Shown here: in pieces, positions 17,140 through 27,514 of the stretch | Numbering within the stretch: the stretch's first letter is position 1 | Layout: every line of letters starts with the position of its first letter | Assembly (NCBI GenBank): GCA_043784925.1 | Contig: JAYVXU010000025.1 | Span: 22,649 to 86,648, forward strand | From: Candidatus Adlerbacteria bacterium | GTDB lineage: Bacteria > Patescibacteriota > Minisyncoccia > Phycocordibacterales > SBAW01 | Length of the DNA stretch: 64,000 nt | Reading direction: 5' to 3' | Notes under the pieces: model-generated | The model's database searches: none | Seen by the model: the letters and a program-made list of their open reading frames with translations, nothing else | What the model was told of the DNA's origin: nothing | Position numbers and translations under genes: made by a program

Positions 17140-19029
17140 TCAAACGCCGAGTACGACCGGGATAACAATAGGGCGTTTGTTAGTTTTTTCGAAGAGGAAC
17201 CTGGCAACCGCGTCGGTCACGTTATTTTTGACGTAGTCGAAGTTAACCGGTTGCATGCCCTGCGTTGTGTCTTCAATAGTTTTTTTGATGATAAGGCGGG
17301 TTTGAGAAAGTAAGTCTTGATTTTCGCGCAAGTAGACAAAGCCGCGAGAAATAATGTCGGGGGACTTGCGAAGTTTACCGGTCTTGGGGTTGACGGTTGC
17401 TATGATGACAAACATACCTTCTTGGGCCAACACATTTCGGTCGCGAATAACCACTTCTTGGATGTCGCCGATCGAGAAGCCATCCACCAAGCGTAAACTA
17501 TTTGGAGCCATTACATTGAGGCGCACAAAGCTTTGGCCTTCGTCCTGGATCTCCAGTATTGCGCCGTTGTCAGGGATGACGATGTCGCTTTCAGCACGAC
17601 CACATGCTTTAGCAATGTCCGCGTGTACTCGTAACATGTAGTGGTAGCCGTGCAGGGGCATAAAAAATTTTGGGTTAATTTTGGAATGTATCCAAAATGT
17701 TTCGTCGCGGTTAGCATGGCCTGAAGCGTGGACCTCCATCGTGTCGCGGTGGACAATGCGTGCGCCCTGTCTACTTAGGTTGTCTTTGAGTTTTTGTACC
17801 GAGCGTTCGTTGCCGGGGATAACTGAAGAGGAAAGTACAACTGTGTCACCTTTTTTAATTTTGACATTTTTGTGAGTTTTGAGCGCAATACGCATCAGTG
17901 CCGCAAATTCGTCGCCCTGTGCCCCCGTGGCTAAAATAACTATCTTACTGTCGGGAAGACTCTCAAGTTGCTCGGCGCCTATAAACGTTTTGTCTGCTAC
18001 CTTGAGCATGCCCAAATGCTTTACTATTTCAATATTGACCTTCATGCTCCTTCCTTCGATAAGTACTTTTTTGCCACAGCGCTCAGCAGCTTCGAGCATG
18101 CGCATAATGCGCTCAAGTTGTGAAGAGAAGGTGCCGATGATAAGCCGGCCAGTCGCGTTGGTAATAATTTCGTCTAAGTTTTTTTGTACTACTCGCTCTG
18201 GCACCGAAAAACCTGGTTTGTCAACGTTTGTCGAGTCCGCAGCAAGAAAGAGCACTTTTTTGTCTTTAAAGTAGCCAAATTCTTTTTCTTCGGTTTCGGT
18301 CGGGATCCCCCCTAAGTGGTCCAAGCGCAAGTCGCCGGTAAATACACACTCGCCATAAGGGGTTTCTATAACAATACCCATTGAGTCGGGGATAGTATGG
18401 TAGACCGAGAAAAATTTAACCCGGATATTACCTGCTTTAATAGTGTCTTCTTTTTCAACCTCGTGGATATCGAGAGGTTTTAAATTTGGAAATTCTTCCT
18501 GGCGCTTGCGGATCATGACAGCAGTTAAACGTCGTGTAAAAATAGGTGGGTAGCCTATGCGGTCGATAACGTAGGGTATGGCGCCTATGTGGTCGAGGTG
18601 GCCGTGAGTGATAAACATACCGCGGATTTTGTGCTGTCGGTCTTCAAGATATTTGGTGTTTGGCAAAATATAGTCGATACCTGGTGTATCGTCTTCTTTA
18701 AATTGGAAACCACAATCGATAATAATAATGTCATCACCAAATTCGAAAGCGGTCATATTGCGGCCGATCTCTTCAACACCCCCCAAAGGAATTATACGGA
18801 TATTTCCTGCCTCAAGTGGGGGGATCTGTTGCTCGTCAGAATTTTGGCTTGCGTTTGTCGCGCCAGGCTCGGATATTTCACGAGGCGGCGGCGACTGATG
18901 CGGGCGGGGTCCATTATTGCGCCCACCACGGCGGTTGAGAGGGCGACGAGCGCCAAATTTGCGAGGTCCATTAGTGGGTTTACTGCCGGGTGAGCGGCGA
19001 GAATTTTGTGGTTTATTTTCTTGTTCCAT
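17140..19029 (-). CDS. rnj: Ribonuclease J
   Basis: PLGGVEEIGRN, THGHLDHIG, HASGH; Arg-rich N-terminal extension. Confidence 0.97.
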   Translation of the reverse strand: MEQENKPQNSRRSPGSKPTNGPRKFGARRPLNRRGGRNNGPRPHQSPPPREISEPGATNASQNSDEQQIPPLEAGNIRIIPLGGVEEIGRNMTAFEFGDDIIIIDCGFQFKEDDTPGIDYILPNTKYLEDRQHKIRGMFITHGHLDHIGAIPYVIDRIGYPPIFTRRLTAVMIRKRQEEFPNLKPLDIHEVEKEDTIKAGNIRVKFFSVYHTIPDSMGIVIETPYGECVFTGDLRLDHLGGIPTETEEKEFGYFKDKKVLFLAADSTNVDKPGFSVPERVVQKNLDEIITNATGRLIIGTFSSQLERIMRMLEAAERCGKKVLIEGRSMKVNIEIVKHLGMLKVADKTFIGAEQLESLPDSKIVILATGAQGDEFAALMRIALKTHKNVKIKKGDTVVLSSSVIPGNERSVQKLKDNLSRQGARIVHRDTMEVHASGHANRDETFWIHSKINPKFFMPLHGYHYMLRVHADIAKACGRAESDIVIPDNGAILEIQDEGQSFVRLNVMAPNSLRLVDGFSIGDIQEVVIRDRNVLAQEGMFVIIATVNPKTGKLRKSPDIISRGFVYLRENQDLLSQTRLIIKKTIEDTTQGMQPVNFDYVKNNVTDAVARFLFEKTNKRPIVIPVVLGV

Positions 19030-19074
19030 AACGTGCTGCTTTAAATAATTAATAGGTTAGTGTCTCGATACTGA

Positions 19075-20823
19075 TTATCGTACGAAGATTGGCCATACGC
19101 GGTCAGTCTCACGATGCCAATTTGCTACGCTCAAAAATCTATCACTCGGGGTCTCTATAAATCCTAGATTAAGGCCCTGGATGTCTTTAGGAACAATATA
19201 CACGAAATCAGGCGCATAGAGAAATACAGCGGGGTGGTCGGAGTTAATTGCGTCAGTAAACTGTTTATATAGGGGTGCTTTTTGGGTGTCGTCAGATGTG
19301 CTTCGTACTTGAGACAGCAGTTTGTCTACGGCTGAGTTTGTGTACAGCGCAATATTGAGTCCTGGGTCTAAACGCTCAGACGAGCTCCAAAAGGCAAACA
19401 GATCAGGTTCGCGACCAATAACTTCGCCAAAGAGCAAAGCGTCGTATTTTCGAGGTCGTAGCACGTTTTGTGTTAAATCTCCTTGTTCGTATATATGTAC
19501 TTCAACTGACGCTCCCATCGCACTCCAAGCTTGGCGTATAAATTCGGCAGCAGTGCGCAACTCCGGCACATTGCTTGTGGACAGCGAAAGCTTAATTTTT
19601 TGCGTTTTTATATTTTTTCCGGTGCCTGTTGTTTTTTGAAGTACACCGTCTTGTCCTGGCTCCCATCCTGCAAGTATTAATTGGTTTTTAGCATCAACAG
19701 CTTTGTTGCTGCTTGAAGATGCGGTTGCCGTGGATTCAGTGGCAACACTCGGGGGCAAAGGTCCCGTCAATGGCGTGCCATACCCGTTGAGGACTTGTTT
19801 AACCAGTGTGGTGCGGTCAATTGCACTGTTCAGAGCAGCACGCACAGTCGGGTCACGCAACACCTCCGACTGATTTTGATTAAAGAATACAGCAAATACT
19901 CGATTAAGAGGGGCAGCTGCTAATCGCATGTGTGTAAGTTCAGGTACGCGGGCGGGCGAAATGCCACTTGCCGCGCTTACATCACCTTTTTTAACAGCGG
20001 TAATGAGCGCTTCTTCATTTTGATAAAAATGAAAAATAAGAGTACTTATGTATGGAGAATGAGGAAGAAAATGTTCATTGGCTTTGAGTGTAATAGATGA
20101 AGGAACACCAGAAGATGTACGGGCTACTGAGTCGACTTTGTACGGTCCGGAACCGACCGCATACATATTGAGGTTGCTATAGGCAAACTCCTCGTCCGAA
20201 ATATTTCCCCATAAATGTTCGGGCAAAATCCCCAACGTGAGGTTTTCGATAAAAGGAGCATATGCTTGTTTGAGAGTAAAAGAGACGACCCTGTCACTTA
20301 CTTTTTGAACCTGGATGCCGTTCCAGTTGGGACGCTCAGGGCTTTTGAGTGCTGAGTCTTGAGTTTTTGCAATAGTAAACACGATGTCGTCTGCCATAAC
20401 GGGTTTGTCGTCATGAAAAGTTGCAGTGGGTCGTAAGGTAAAAGTGTAAGTTTTACCATCAGGTGATATGGTGTATTTTTCCGCTAAATCTGGAACATAG
20501 GTGCCCTCAGGAGTGGCGCGAAGAAGGCCTGAAAACACGACGGCACTTACGTCATGGTCGGCATCAGATACTGCCAGTACTGGGTTTATAAAACGTGGAG
20601 CCCCAATCAAACCTTCGGAGTATGAACCGCCGTGGGTCGGCACTTCAACGAGTAAAGCATTGTTGAGCATGTACAGCAATATGCAGGAGCTCAGTACTAA
20701 GAGTGCAGAAAAAAATATAAATAAAAGCCGCCCGCTTGCTGAAAAGGAACGGATAGTTTCTTGGAGCGACCCTCGAGATACACGAGAGTCAGCCGGATCC
20801 GGGCTGCTGCGCATAAAGAGCAA
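19075..20823 (-). CDS. Peptide ABC transporter substrate-binding protein (family 5)
   Basis: PDLAEKYTISPDGKTYTFTLR, VGSGPY, VRAALNSAIDR motifs. Confidence 0.92.
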   Translation of the reverse strand: MLFMRSSPDPADSRVSRGSLQETIRSFSASGRLLFIFFSALLVLSSCILLYMLNNALLVEVPTHGGSYSEGLIGAPRFINPVLAVSDADHDVSAVVFSGLLRATPEGTYVPDLAEKYTISPDGKTYTFTLRPTATFHDDKPVMADDIVFTIAKTQDSALKSPERPNWNGIQVQKVSDRVVSFTLKQAYAPFIENLTLGILPEHLWGNISDEEFAYSNLNMYAVGSGPYKVDSVARTSSGVPSSITLKANEHFLPHSPYISTLIFHFYQNEEALITAVKKGDVSAASGISPARVPELTHMRLAAAPLNRVFAVFFNQNQSEVLRDPTVRAALNSAIDRTTLVKQVLNGYGTPLTGPLPPSVATESTATASSSSNKAVDAKNQLILAGWEPGQDGVLQKTTGTGKNIKTQKIKLSLSTSNVPELRTAAEFIRQAWSAMGASVEVHIYEQGDLTQNVLRPRKYDALLFGEVIGREPDLFAFWSSSERLDPGLNIALYTNSAVDKLLSQVRSTSDDTQKAPLYKQFTDAINSDHPAVFLYAPDFVYIVPKDIQGLNLGFIETPSDRFLSVANWHRETDRVWPIFVR

Positions 20824-20840
20824 TAATTAGTTGTCTAGTA

Positions 20841-21080
20841 TTAGTGAATGAGAAACGCCACAAATGACGAAACTACGAACAAAACGCCAATGACAATAGT
20901 TGCATAAAACAAATATTTCTCGCTGCCGCGACGGGTATGATAGGCGGCGCTAAAGTTGTCGCCCCCAAAAGCGCCTCCCAAGGCTGCTCCTGTTTGCTGC
21001 AAAAGCACACACCCAATGAGTGCGACAGAGAGAATGATTTGAATAAACGGCAATATGCCGTGCAATGTCATTACGGGCAC
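20841..21080 (-). CDS. secG: Preprotein translocase subunit SecG
   Basis: VLLQQ.GAALGGAFGG...RRGSEK with two TMs. Confidence 0.92.
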   Translation of the reverse strand: MPVMTLHGILPFIQIILSVALIGCVLLQQTGAALGGAFGGDNFSAAYHTRRGSEKYLFYATIVIGVLFVVSSFVAFLIH

Positions 21081-21108
21081 TATACCACAACAACTATTTC
21101 ATGCAAAT

Positions 21109-21132
21109 AAAAAAAGCTCCCTCAGGAGCTTT
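21109..21132 (-). terminator. Intrinsic terminator
   Basis: AAAGCTCC-CTCA-GGAGCTTT with an A-run on the + strand. Confidence 0.6.
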
Positions 21133-21141
21133 GGTGTGGGG

Positions 21142-21375
21142 TCAAAATCGGTGAGCAGTATGGTGACCTGAAGCGGGGTTGTGGCAGGGTAGGCGTTCGT
21201 TGTTAGCGTAAAATCCGCTAGCGGATAGGACGCGAGGACTCCGACAACGAGGACACCAAGCTAAGTACGTTCTAGTCTCGTTCTCTAGTTGTCGCGGGTT
21301 CCCACTTCTAAGGAGCATTTTTTGTACCCACCACAATTTGTTGAATAATTCACGAGCGTATGTTTCGTCGCGCAT
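21142..21375 (-). CDS. Small putative zinc-binding protein
   Basis: CPRC...C...H; AGGAGG upstream. Confidence 0.55.
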   Translation of the reverse strand: MRDETYARELFNKLWWVQKMLLRSGNPRQLENETRTYLAWCPRCRSPRVLSASGFYANNERLPCHNPASGHHTAHRF

Positions 21376-21425
21376 TACTTCCTCCTGTATCCTTTAACTT
21401 CAGATATATTACAACTAAAAACTAA

Positions 21426-22097
21426 TTAGTCAATATTTTTAGTGTTTTGCGAATGTAAGTACCTCTGTAGGGTTGGACTCCAAAAGACCCATAAGCCGTT
21501 TACTAAGACAAATATGGTTGGGAATATCCACCAGCTTTGGTCTATAAGCACAAGTGCAATAGTTAGGCATACAATTCCAACAACTATTTCCTCCACCGAG
21601 CGTTCGCTTGGTTTATACCACTTTTCTTGCAACCATACATCGTGGTCGTTTGGAATTAATTTATCGGGAGTAAAAGGGTAAAACCAATTAAGATACCCGT
21701 CACCCAGTGGATAGTCATGTAGGTAATGCCAGAGCAGGCAAATGATTGCCAACACTTCCCACACCATTGTTTTTTCAAACCCCACCCCGAATGTTCCCAC
21801 CACTGCTACCAAACTAAGTGTGGTGGGCATAAATTTGATCGGCCGGTGGAAATACGTAGTGTGATGGTCGTAGGTTATATGAGTTTTTGAAAGAATATCT
21901 TTAATAACATCAAAATCCGGAGCGAGCGCAAATATGCTCCCGATGAGTATGTACCACCAGGGGACAGACTCATGAAAGTGCAAGTACTCAGCCAATCTCC
22001 ACACGGCTGCAGCGACGAGGGCTCCGACACATAAATCCTGAAACCCTGCCATGCCATTTGCGATGAACCAGCGAAGAGTGTTGAGGTGTTTTATCAT
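21426..22097 (-). CDS. YdjM-like membrane metal-dependent hydrolase
   Basis: LAPDFD, HH..YFH, HYLHD motifs with TMs. Confidence 0.7.
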   Translation of the reverse strand: MIKHLNTLRWFIANGMAGFQDLCVGALVAAAVWRLAEYLHFHESVPWWYILIGSIFALAPDFDVIKDILSKTHITYDHHTTYFHRPIKFMPTTLSLVAVVGTFGVGFEKTMVWEVLAIICLLWHYLHDYPLGDGYLNWFYPFTPDKLIPNDHDVWLQEKWYKPSERSVEEIVVGIVCLTIALVLIDQSWWIFPTIFVLVNGLWVFWSPTLQRYLHSQNTKNID

Positions 22098-22126
22098 GTA
22101 GTATCTCAGGTACGAATTCTTCCAAT

Positions 22127-22189
22127 ATCATGCGTGGTATTTTATTTTAGTCAACTAGTCGTTGACTAACCGCGTTTTTTGTCTATTAT
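22127..22189. promoter_or_regulatory. Back-to-back divergent promoters forming a 9-5-9 inverted repeat
   Basis: TTAGTCAAC-N5-GTTGACTAA (22147-22169); TTGACT-16-TATTAT toward groES. Confidence 0.5.
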
Positions 22190-22307
22190 TGGCACGACTA
22201 CCAAAGTAGTGGGGCATTTTTATTACCAATCTAACCTAAGTGCTTGAAAACCTGCTGCATAGCTATTACCTGTAACGCAGCATTATTTCGGCTAAATTCT
22301 ATAATCT

Positions 22308-22745
22308 ATGAAAAAAAATACTAAAGCAAAAAGTGCTAAAAAGGTGTCAAAACCAGTCAGCAAGAAAAGGGGCAGTAAATCAAAAGTCTCTAAAGTAATC
22401 GAGGTGTCTGTTGTGCCCGGAGCTGCGGAGACCCCCGCCCAAAACTCAGTTGGTATATCTCCTTTGGGCGACCGCGTCGTGGTTAAGGCTCTATCACCTG
22501 AGGAGTCGGGCACCTTGATGGCGTTTGGGATAGTTATCCCTGACTCCTCTAAAGAAAAACCCGAGCAAGGCACCGTGGTGGCAGTGGGCCCTGGAAAGCG
22601 CTCCGAAGACGGGACAAGGCAAGAGTTGTCGGTCCAAGTTGGAGACAAAGTTATGTTTTCTAAATATGGTTTTGACGAAGTTAAAGTAGGGGGAGTTGAA
22701 TACTTGATCGTTCCAGAATCGAGCATCTTAGCAATTATTCAATAA
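22308..22745 (+). CDS. groES: Co-chaperonin GroES with Lys-rich N-terminal extension
   Basis: PLGDRVVV, GTVVAVGPG, VGDKVMF, ILAII motifs. Confidence 0.95.
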   Translation: MKKNTKAKSAKKVSKPVSKKRGSKSKVSKVIEVSVVPGAAETPAQNSVGISPLGDRVVVKALSPEESGTLMAFGIVIPDSSKEKPEQGTVVAVGPGKRSEDGTRQELSVQVGDKVMFSKYGFDEVKVGGVEYLIVPESSILAIIQ

Positions 22746-22754
22746 CAAAATCAC

Positions 22755-24416
22755 ATGGCAAAACAAATAATTTTCAACGAACGAGCACGCCGCATGCTCA
22801 AGAGTGGTATCGACAAAGCTTCTAATGCGGTCAAAATTACCTTAGGTCCAAAAGGCCGAAATGTGGCACTTGATAAAGGCTATGGTGGCCCCACAATCAC
22901 CAACGACGGCGTCTCGATTGCAAAAGAGATCTCATTTTCAAATAAATTTGAAAATATGGGGGCAGAGATAGTAAAAGAAGTTGCCTCAAAAACAAATGAC
23001 ATCGCAGGCGACGGAACCACCACTTCTGTCGTGTTGCTCCAGTCTTTGATCGAAGAGGGCATGAAGCACACGGAAATGGGACTCTCGGCCATGGGAGTTC
23101 GTGCCGGCATTGAAAAGGCTGCAGCCGAAGCTATTGAAGCTCTGCGCTCTTCTGCTAAAAAAATCCAAACAGATGAAGAAATTCGCCAAGTGGCAACAAT
23201 TTCAGCTGAGTCCGAGGAAATCGGTACTATAATTGCTGACACTATCAAAGAAGTAGGTAAGGACGGTGTTGTCACAGTTGAAGAGTCACAGTCGCTGGGA
23301 ATCGAGAAAGAAGTTGTCGAAGGGCTCGAGTTCGACAAGGGGTATGTGTCGCCATACATGGTGACCGACACTTCTCGCATGGAGGCAAGTTACAAGGACC
23401 CCCTTGTTTTAATCACCGACAAAAAAGTTTCCTCAATTCAAGAAATCCTGCCCCTTTTGGAGAAAATCGGGCAAAGCGGCAAAAAAGACTTGGTAGTCAT
23501 CGCAGACGATGTAGAAGGTGAAGCTCTTACAACGTTTGTATTAAGTAAACTTCGCGGCTCGTTTAATGTGCTCGGTATCAAAGCTCCAGGCTACGGTGAC
23601 CGCAAAAAAGAAATGCTCCAAGACATTGCCGTCATGACGGGCGCTACGGTCATTTCGGACGATGTGGGTATTAAATTCGACGCTGCAACGCTCGACATGC
23701 TTGGACGCGCTTCAAAAATTATTGCAACCAAGGAGTCTACCGTTATCGTCGGTGGTAAAGGCGATAAAAAAGCAATCGACGAGCGAATCGAGCAAATCCG
23801 CGCCCAAATCAAAAATACTGACTCAAAGTTTGACAAGGAAAAGTTTGAAGAAAGGTTGGCAAAACTCTCGGGTGGTGTTGCTGTCATTCGCGTTGGAGCT
23901 GCAACCGAAACCGAGATGAAATATCTCAAACTTAAAATCGAAGACGCTGTAAACGCAACCAAAGCAGCTATTGAAGAGGGGATAGTCCCCGGCGGCGGCA
24001 CTGCACTGGTTAAAGCCGCACAAAAAGTACAGGAGTCATATGGAAAGCAAAAGGAAAAAATGACCCCGGATATGCGTGTGGGGTATGAAGTGCTTCTTCG
24101 AGCACTCGAGATGCCACTTCGACAAATTGCTATTAACGCAGGCGTGGACCCAGGTGTTGTTGTTGATAAAGTTAAAAATGCAAAAGGTAATGCCGGGTAT
24201 GACGCAGTTAACGACACTGTTGTAGCCGACATGCTTGTCGCAGGAATTGTAGACCCGGTTAAGGTCTCTCGAACAGGGCTTGAGCGTGCAGCATCAGCCG
24301 CTGCCATGCTCCTTACAACCGAAGCTCTTATTGCAGATGAGCCAAAAGACGAAAAAGAGCCGATGGGTGGAGGTATGCCAGGTGGCATGGGAGGAATGGG
24401 TGACATGGACTACTAA
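22755..24416 (+). CDS. groEL: Chaperonin GroEL
   Basis: TLGPKGRN, GDGTTT, GGM tail. Confidence 0.99.
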   Translation: MAKQIIFNERARRMLKSGIDKASNAVKITLGPKGRNVALDKGYGGPTITNDGVSIAKEISFSNKFENMGAEIVKEVASKTNDIAGDGTTTSVVLLQSLIEEGMKHTEMGLSAMGVRAGIEKAAAEAIEALRSSAKKIQTDEEIRQVATISAESEEIGTIIADTIKEVGKDGVVTVEESQSLGIEKEVVEGLEFDKGYVSPYMVTDTSRMEASYKDPLVLITDKKVSSIQEILPLLEKIGQSGKKDLVVIADDVEGEALTTFVLSKLRGSFNVLGIKAPGYGDRKKEMLQDIAVMTGATVISDDVGIKFDAATLDMLGRASKIIATKESTVIVGGKGDKKAIDERIEQIRAQIKNTDSKFDKEKFEERLAKLSGGVAVIRVGAATETEMKYLKLKIEDAVNATKAAIEEGIVPGGGTALVKAAQKVQESYGKQKEKMTPDMRVGYEVLLRALEMPLRQIAINAGVDPGVVVDKVKNAKGNAGYDAVNDTVVADMLVAGIVDPVKVSRTGLERAASAAAMLLTTEALIADEPKDEKEPMGGGMPGGMGGMGDMDY

Positions 24417-24444
24417 CCCGACATACGCATAAACTAAAATATAG

Positions 24445-24475
24445 AACCCCCGGAGCAAAGTTGCTCGGGGGTTTT
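24445..24475 (+). terminator. groESL terminator
   Basis: AACCCCCGGAGCAA-AG-TTGCTCGGGGGTTTT. Confidence 0.8.
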
Positions 24476-24502
24476 GTTGCTAAAATACGCAAGAAGGGTG
24501 GG

Positions 24503-24811
24503 TTAATGCTTTTTTCCGAACGCCTTTTTCCATATAAATATGAAAATTGCGATCGCGATAATCGCGTTCATCCACGTATCAAGAAGGTGGAGTGTAAAGC
24601 CGGCAAATTGTATGCCCGCCTCTCCTACCGCTAGCCCCAAGTGGTAAGCAGCGACAGGTTTGATGTTGGTAAAGTAATGATTGCAAAGGTAGTTAATCGC
24701 AATCAATACCCCAAGTGGCATAACCACATGGTAAAAAAAGTTCCGCGGCGAGCCTAAAAAGTAGCCATGCCACGCGCCTTTCTTCCTCTCTTCTTTTTTT
24801 TCTTCAGCCAT
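24503..24811 (-). CDS. Hypothetical membrane protein
   Basis: Two hydrophobic segments, AAGGA upstream. Confidence 0.55.
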   Translation of the reverse strand: MAEEKKEERKKGAWHGYFLGSPRNFFYHVVMPLGVLIAINYLCNHYFTNIKPVAAYHLGLAVGEAGIQFAGFTLHLLDTWMNAIIAIAIFIFIWKKAFGKKH

Positions 24812-24913
24812 CGGTGGATCCTTCCAAAGAACGGGGTTTGAATATATTATACACCCTTTAGTTTAAATGTCAAGTACTCCTTGCTGTATGGAGAAGTGTG
24901 GTATTATTGACGC

Positions 24914-25471
24914 ATGATTTTATATATAGTTTTAGGGGTCGCGGCTTTACTAGTTATGTTTATCTGGTATTCGTACAATCATTTAGTAACACTCGGTCAA
25001 AATACTAAAGAGGCGTGGGCAGACATTGACGTACAACTTAAACGTCGTTACGACCTTATCCCAAACCTACTAGAGACGGTGAAAGGCTATGCAGCTCACG
25101 AAAAAACTACTCTTGAAGGGGTAACTGCTGCTAGAAGCGCCGCTATGAACGCACAAGGTCCAGAGGCAAAAGCTCAAGCAGAAAATATGCTCTCGGGCGC
25201 GCTTAAAAGTATTTTTGCCCTTTCCGAAGCGTACCCCGACTTAAAAGCCAACCAAAACTTCCTTTCCTTACAAGCCGAGTTGTCTGATACCGAAAACAAG
25301 ATCCAAGCTGCCCGACGCTTTTACAACGGCAATGTGCGTGACCTCTCAACGGCTATGCAAGTATTCCCTGGGAATATCATTGCAAACATGTTTCACTTTG
25401 AATCTCAAAAGTTTTTTGAATTGGACGGAGCCGACGCAGCAGCCCGCGAACCGGTTGCAGTTAAGTTCTAA
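24914..25471 (+). CDS. lemA: LemA family protein
   Basis: IDVQLKRRYDLIPNL, EAYPDLKAN, ARRFYN motifs. Confidence 0.97.
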   Translation: MILYIVLGVAALLVMFIWYSYNHLVTLGQNTKEAWADIDVQLKRRYDLIPNLLETVKGYAAHEKTTLEGVTAARSAAMNAQGPEAKAQAENMLSGALKSIFALSEAYPDLKANQNFLSLQAELSDTENKIQAARRFYNGNVRDLSTAMQVFPGNIIANMFHFESQKFFELDGADAAAREPVAVKF

Positions 25472-25483
25472 ATTTCTCCTTTC

Positions 25484-27193
25484 ATGACTAGGTATTTTAC
25501 TTCTCTCCTTGGACTTCTTTTTGTCGGTGCTTTATTGTGGATTCCTCAGGTTCATGCACAAAGTGCGGACGAGCGCATAGACCGGTTTGATGTAGCTGTA
25601 GCCATTAAGTCCGACTCAACGTTTGATGTTACCGAAACTATTCATTACAACTTTGGCACCACCGAGCATCATGGGATCTTTCGTGACATCCCTGTTGTAT
25701 ATTCAACACAAGCAGGCAACAAATCTATTGGAGTTGGCTCAGTTAGTGTGCAAGACGAAAAAGGAAAGCCGTATCCTTTTGCCACATCTCGAATTGGCTC
25801 AAATATTGAGTTTAAAATTGGTGACCCTAATGTGCTTGTGTCAGGAAGCAAAACGTACGTGCTTCACTACACTGTAGCTCGGGCAATTGGTTATTTTCCC
25901 CAATATGACGAAATATATTGGAACGTCACAGGAAATAGTTGGAAGGTCCCAATAACGGAAGCCTCTGCGACTGTACTCTTGCCGCAGTCGACTGACCCGT
26001 CACAATTGAAACTCTCCTGCTACCAAGGAGCTGCAGGTAGTAATGAAACGTGCACCAGTAAGGCCAATGGTTCGGGCGAAAATGTTTTTGCCATAACGCG
26101 GGAGCTTCGTGCTGGAGAAGGGTTAACTATTGCACTTGGGTTTCCGCTGGGTATAGTGCATCATCCGACATTCCTTGAAAATCTTTTAGCGTTTATAAAA
26201 GACAACTTTGTTCTTTTTGTTCCAATACTCGTGTTTGTTGGCATGTTGTACCTTTGGTATACAAAAGGGCGCGACCCCCGTGGTAGGGGTACTATAATCC
26301 CCGAATACGAAGCTCCTGACCACTTAACGCCGGTTGAAATGTTAGCACTTTTAAAAACGGGTGCCACAAACGAAGCAGTGTCGGCCGAAATTGTGTACTT
26401 GGCCACACAAGGATATCTTCATATTAAGAGGACTGAGCAAAAAATTTTAGGCATTTTCAACTCCAATGAGTATACGCTCACAAAACAAAAAGATGGTGGG
26501 GATTTAGGAGTATTTGATAAAACTTTATTCAATGGGTTATTCAAAGAGGGGAATGAAGTAAAAGTTTCTGACCTTAAAGAAAAATTTTATCTAACAGCAA
26601 CACAAGTAAAAACAGAAGTGCTGCAGTCTTTAGTGCAAAAAAAATATTATGTGCGGGACCCAAACGCAACCCGCATGAGATATGTGACTGTGGGTGTAAT
26701 CATATTGTTTGGAAGTATTTGGGGTGGTAGTGTGCTTGGGCTCGCGGCTGGGGTAAGTGGGATCATGAGTGGGTTATTGATTTTAGGGTTTGGATTTTTT
26801 ATGCCTGCTGTTACAAAGGAAGGTGCTCTTGCAAGAGAGTATAGTCGAGGACTTAAATTGTATTTAGAGGTTGCAGAAAAGGATCGTATTAACTTTCATA
26901 ATGCTCCCGAAAAAAGTCCGGAGCTGTTTGAGAAACTATTGCCCTATGCGATGGTCCTCGGCGTTGAGGTTGCCTGGGCCGGGCAATTTGAAGGAATGTA
27001 CACTCAACCACCAAGTTGGTACTCGGACCAGAGTTTGACGGGCTTTAACAGTATTGTGTTTGCGCATTCGATGCATTCGTTTAACTCTGTAGCAGCTACA
27101 ACGCTTGCTTCTGCACCCGGTGGAGGCTCGGGTTCGGGTGGAGGCGGATTTTCTGGAGGTGGTATGGGAGGAGGTGGCGGTGGAAGCTGGTAG
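25484..27193 (+). CDS. DUF2207 family membrane protein
   Basis: HGIFRDIP, YWNVTG, LPYAMVLG, GGFSGGGMGGGGGGSW motifs. Confidence 0.93.
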   Translation: MTRYFTSLLGLLFVGALLWIPQVHAQSADERIDRFDVAVAIKSDSTFDVTETIHYNFGTTEHHGIFRDIPVVYSTQAGNKSIGVGSVSVQDEKGKPYPFATSRIGSNIEFKIGDPNVLVSGSKTYVLHYTVARAIGYFPQYDEIYWNVTGNSWKVPITEASATVLLPQSTDPSQLKLSCYQGAAGSNETCTSKANGSGENVFAITRELRAGEGLTIALGFPLGIVHHPTFLENLLAFIKDNFVLFVPILVFVGMLYLWYTKGRDPRGRGTIIPEYEAPDHLTPVEMLALLKTGATNEAVSAEIVYLATQGYLHIKRTEQKILGIFNSNEYTLTKQKDGGDLGVFDKTLFNGLFKEGNEVKVSDLKEKFYLTATQVKTEVLQSLVQKKYYVRDPNATRMRYVTVGVIILFGSIWGGSVLGLAAGVSGIMSGLLILGFGFFMPAVTKEGALAREYSRGLKLYLEVAEKDRINFHNAPEKSPELFEKLLPYAMVLGVEVAWAGQFEGMYTQPPSWYSDQSLTGFNSIVFAHSMHSFNSVAATTLASAPGGGSGSGGGGFSGGGMGGGGGGSW

Positions 27194-27295
27194 TTTCTAG
27201 GATAGGTATAATCATATACTTACTTTTGAAACTGTATTAATGGGTACTGAGCCAGGTGGCCTTGAATCACTGTATGTTTGTGGTACGATTCCAGT

Positions 27296-27514
27296 ATGAG
27301 TGAAAAACTACTAGAAATCTTACAGCGAGCACAAGATTGGCCAGAGGCCGATCAGCAAGAACTAGCAGATTTTGCAAGCGATATTGAGATGCGCGCTAGT
27401 GGAGCATACACTGCCACATCCGACGAGCTTCAAGCGCTTGATGAGGCTGATGCAAGTGGCCCGACTACTCCTGCCCGGATGCAAGAGATATACAAGAAAT
27501 TTTCATCCATATGA
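27296..27514 (+). CDS. Putative antitoxin
   Basis: Small acidic protein overlapping the toxin start (ATGA); own TTGAAT-16-TACGAT promoter. Confidence 0.7.
   Translation: MSEKLLEILQRAQDWPEADQQELADFASDIEMRASGAYTATSDELQALDEADASGPTTPARMQEIYKKFSSI

Noticed and set aside
22170-22340. CIRCE element upstream of groES
   Set aside because: TTGGCAC and AGTGCTAA fragments do not form TTAGCACTC-N9-GAGTGCTAA
23591-24406. Long antisense ORFs over groEL, lexA (8644..9264) and the SNF2 gene (61697..62422)
   Set aside because: Shadows of real genes, with no motifs of their own
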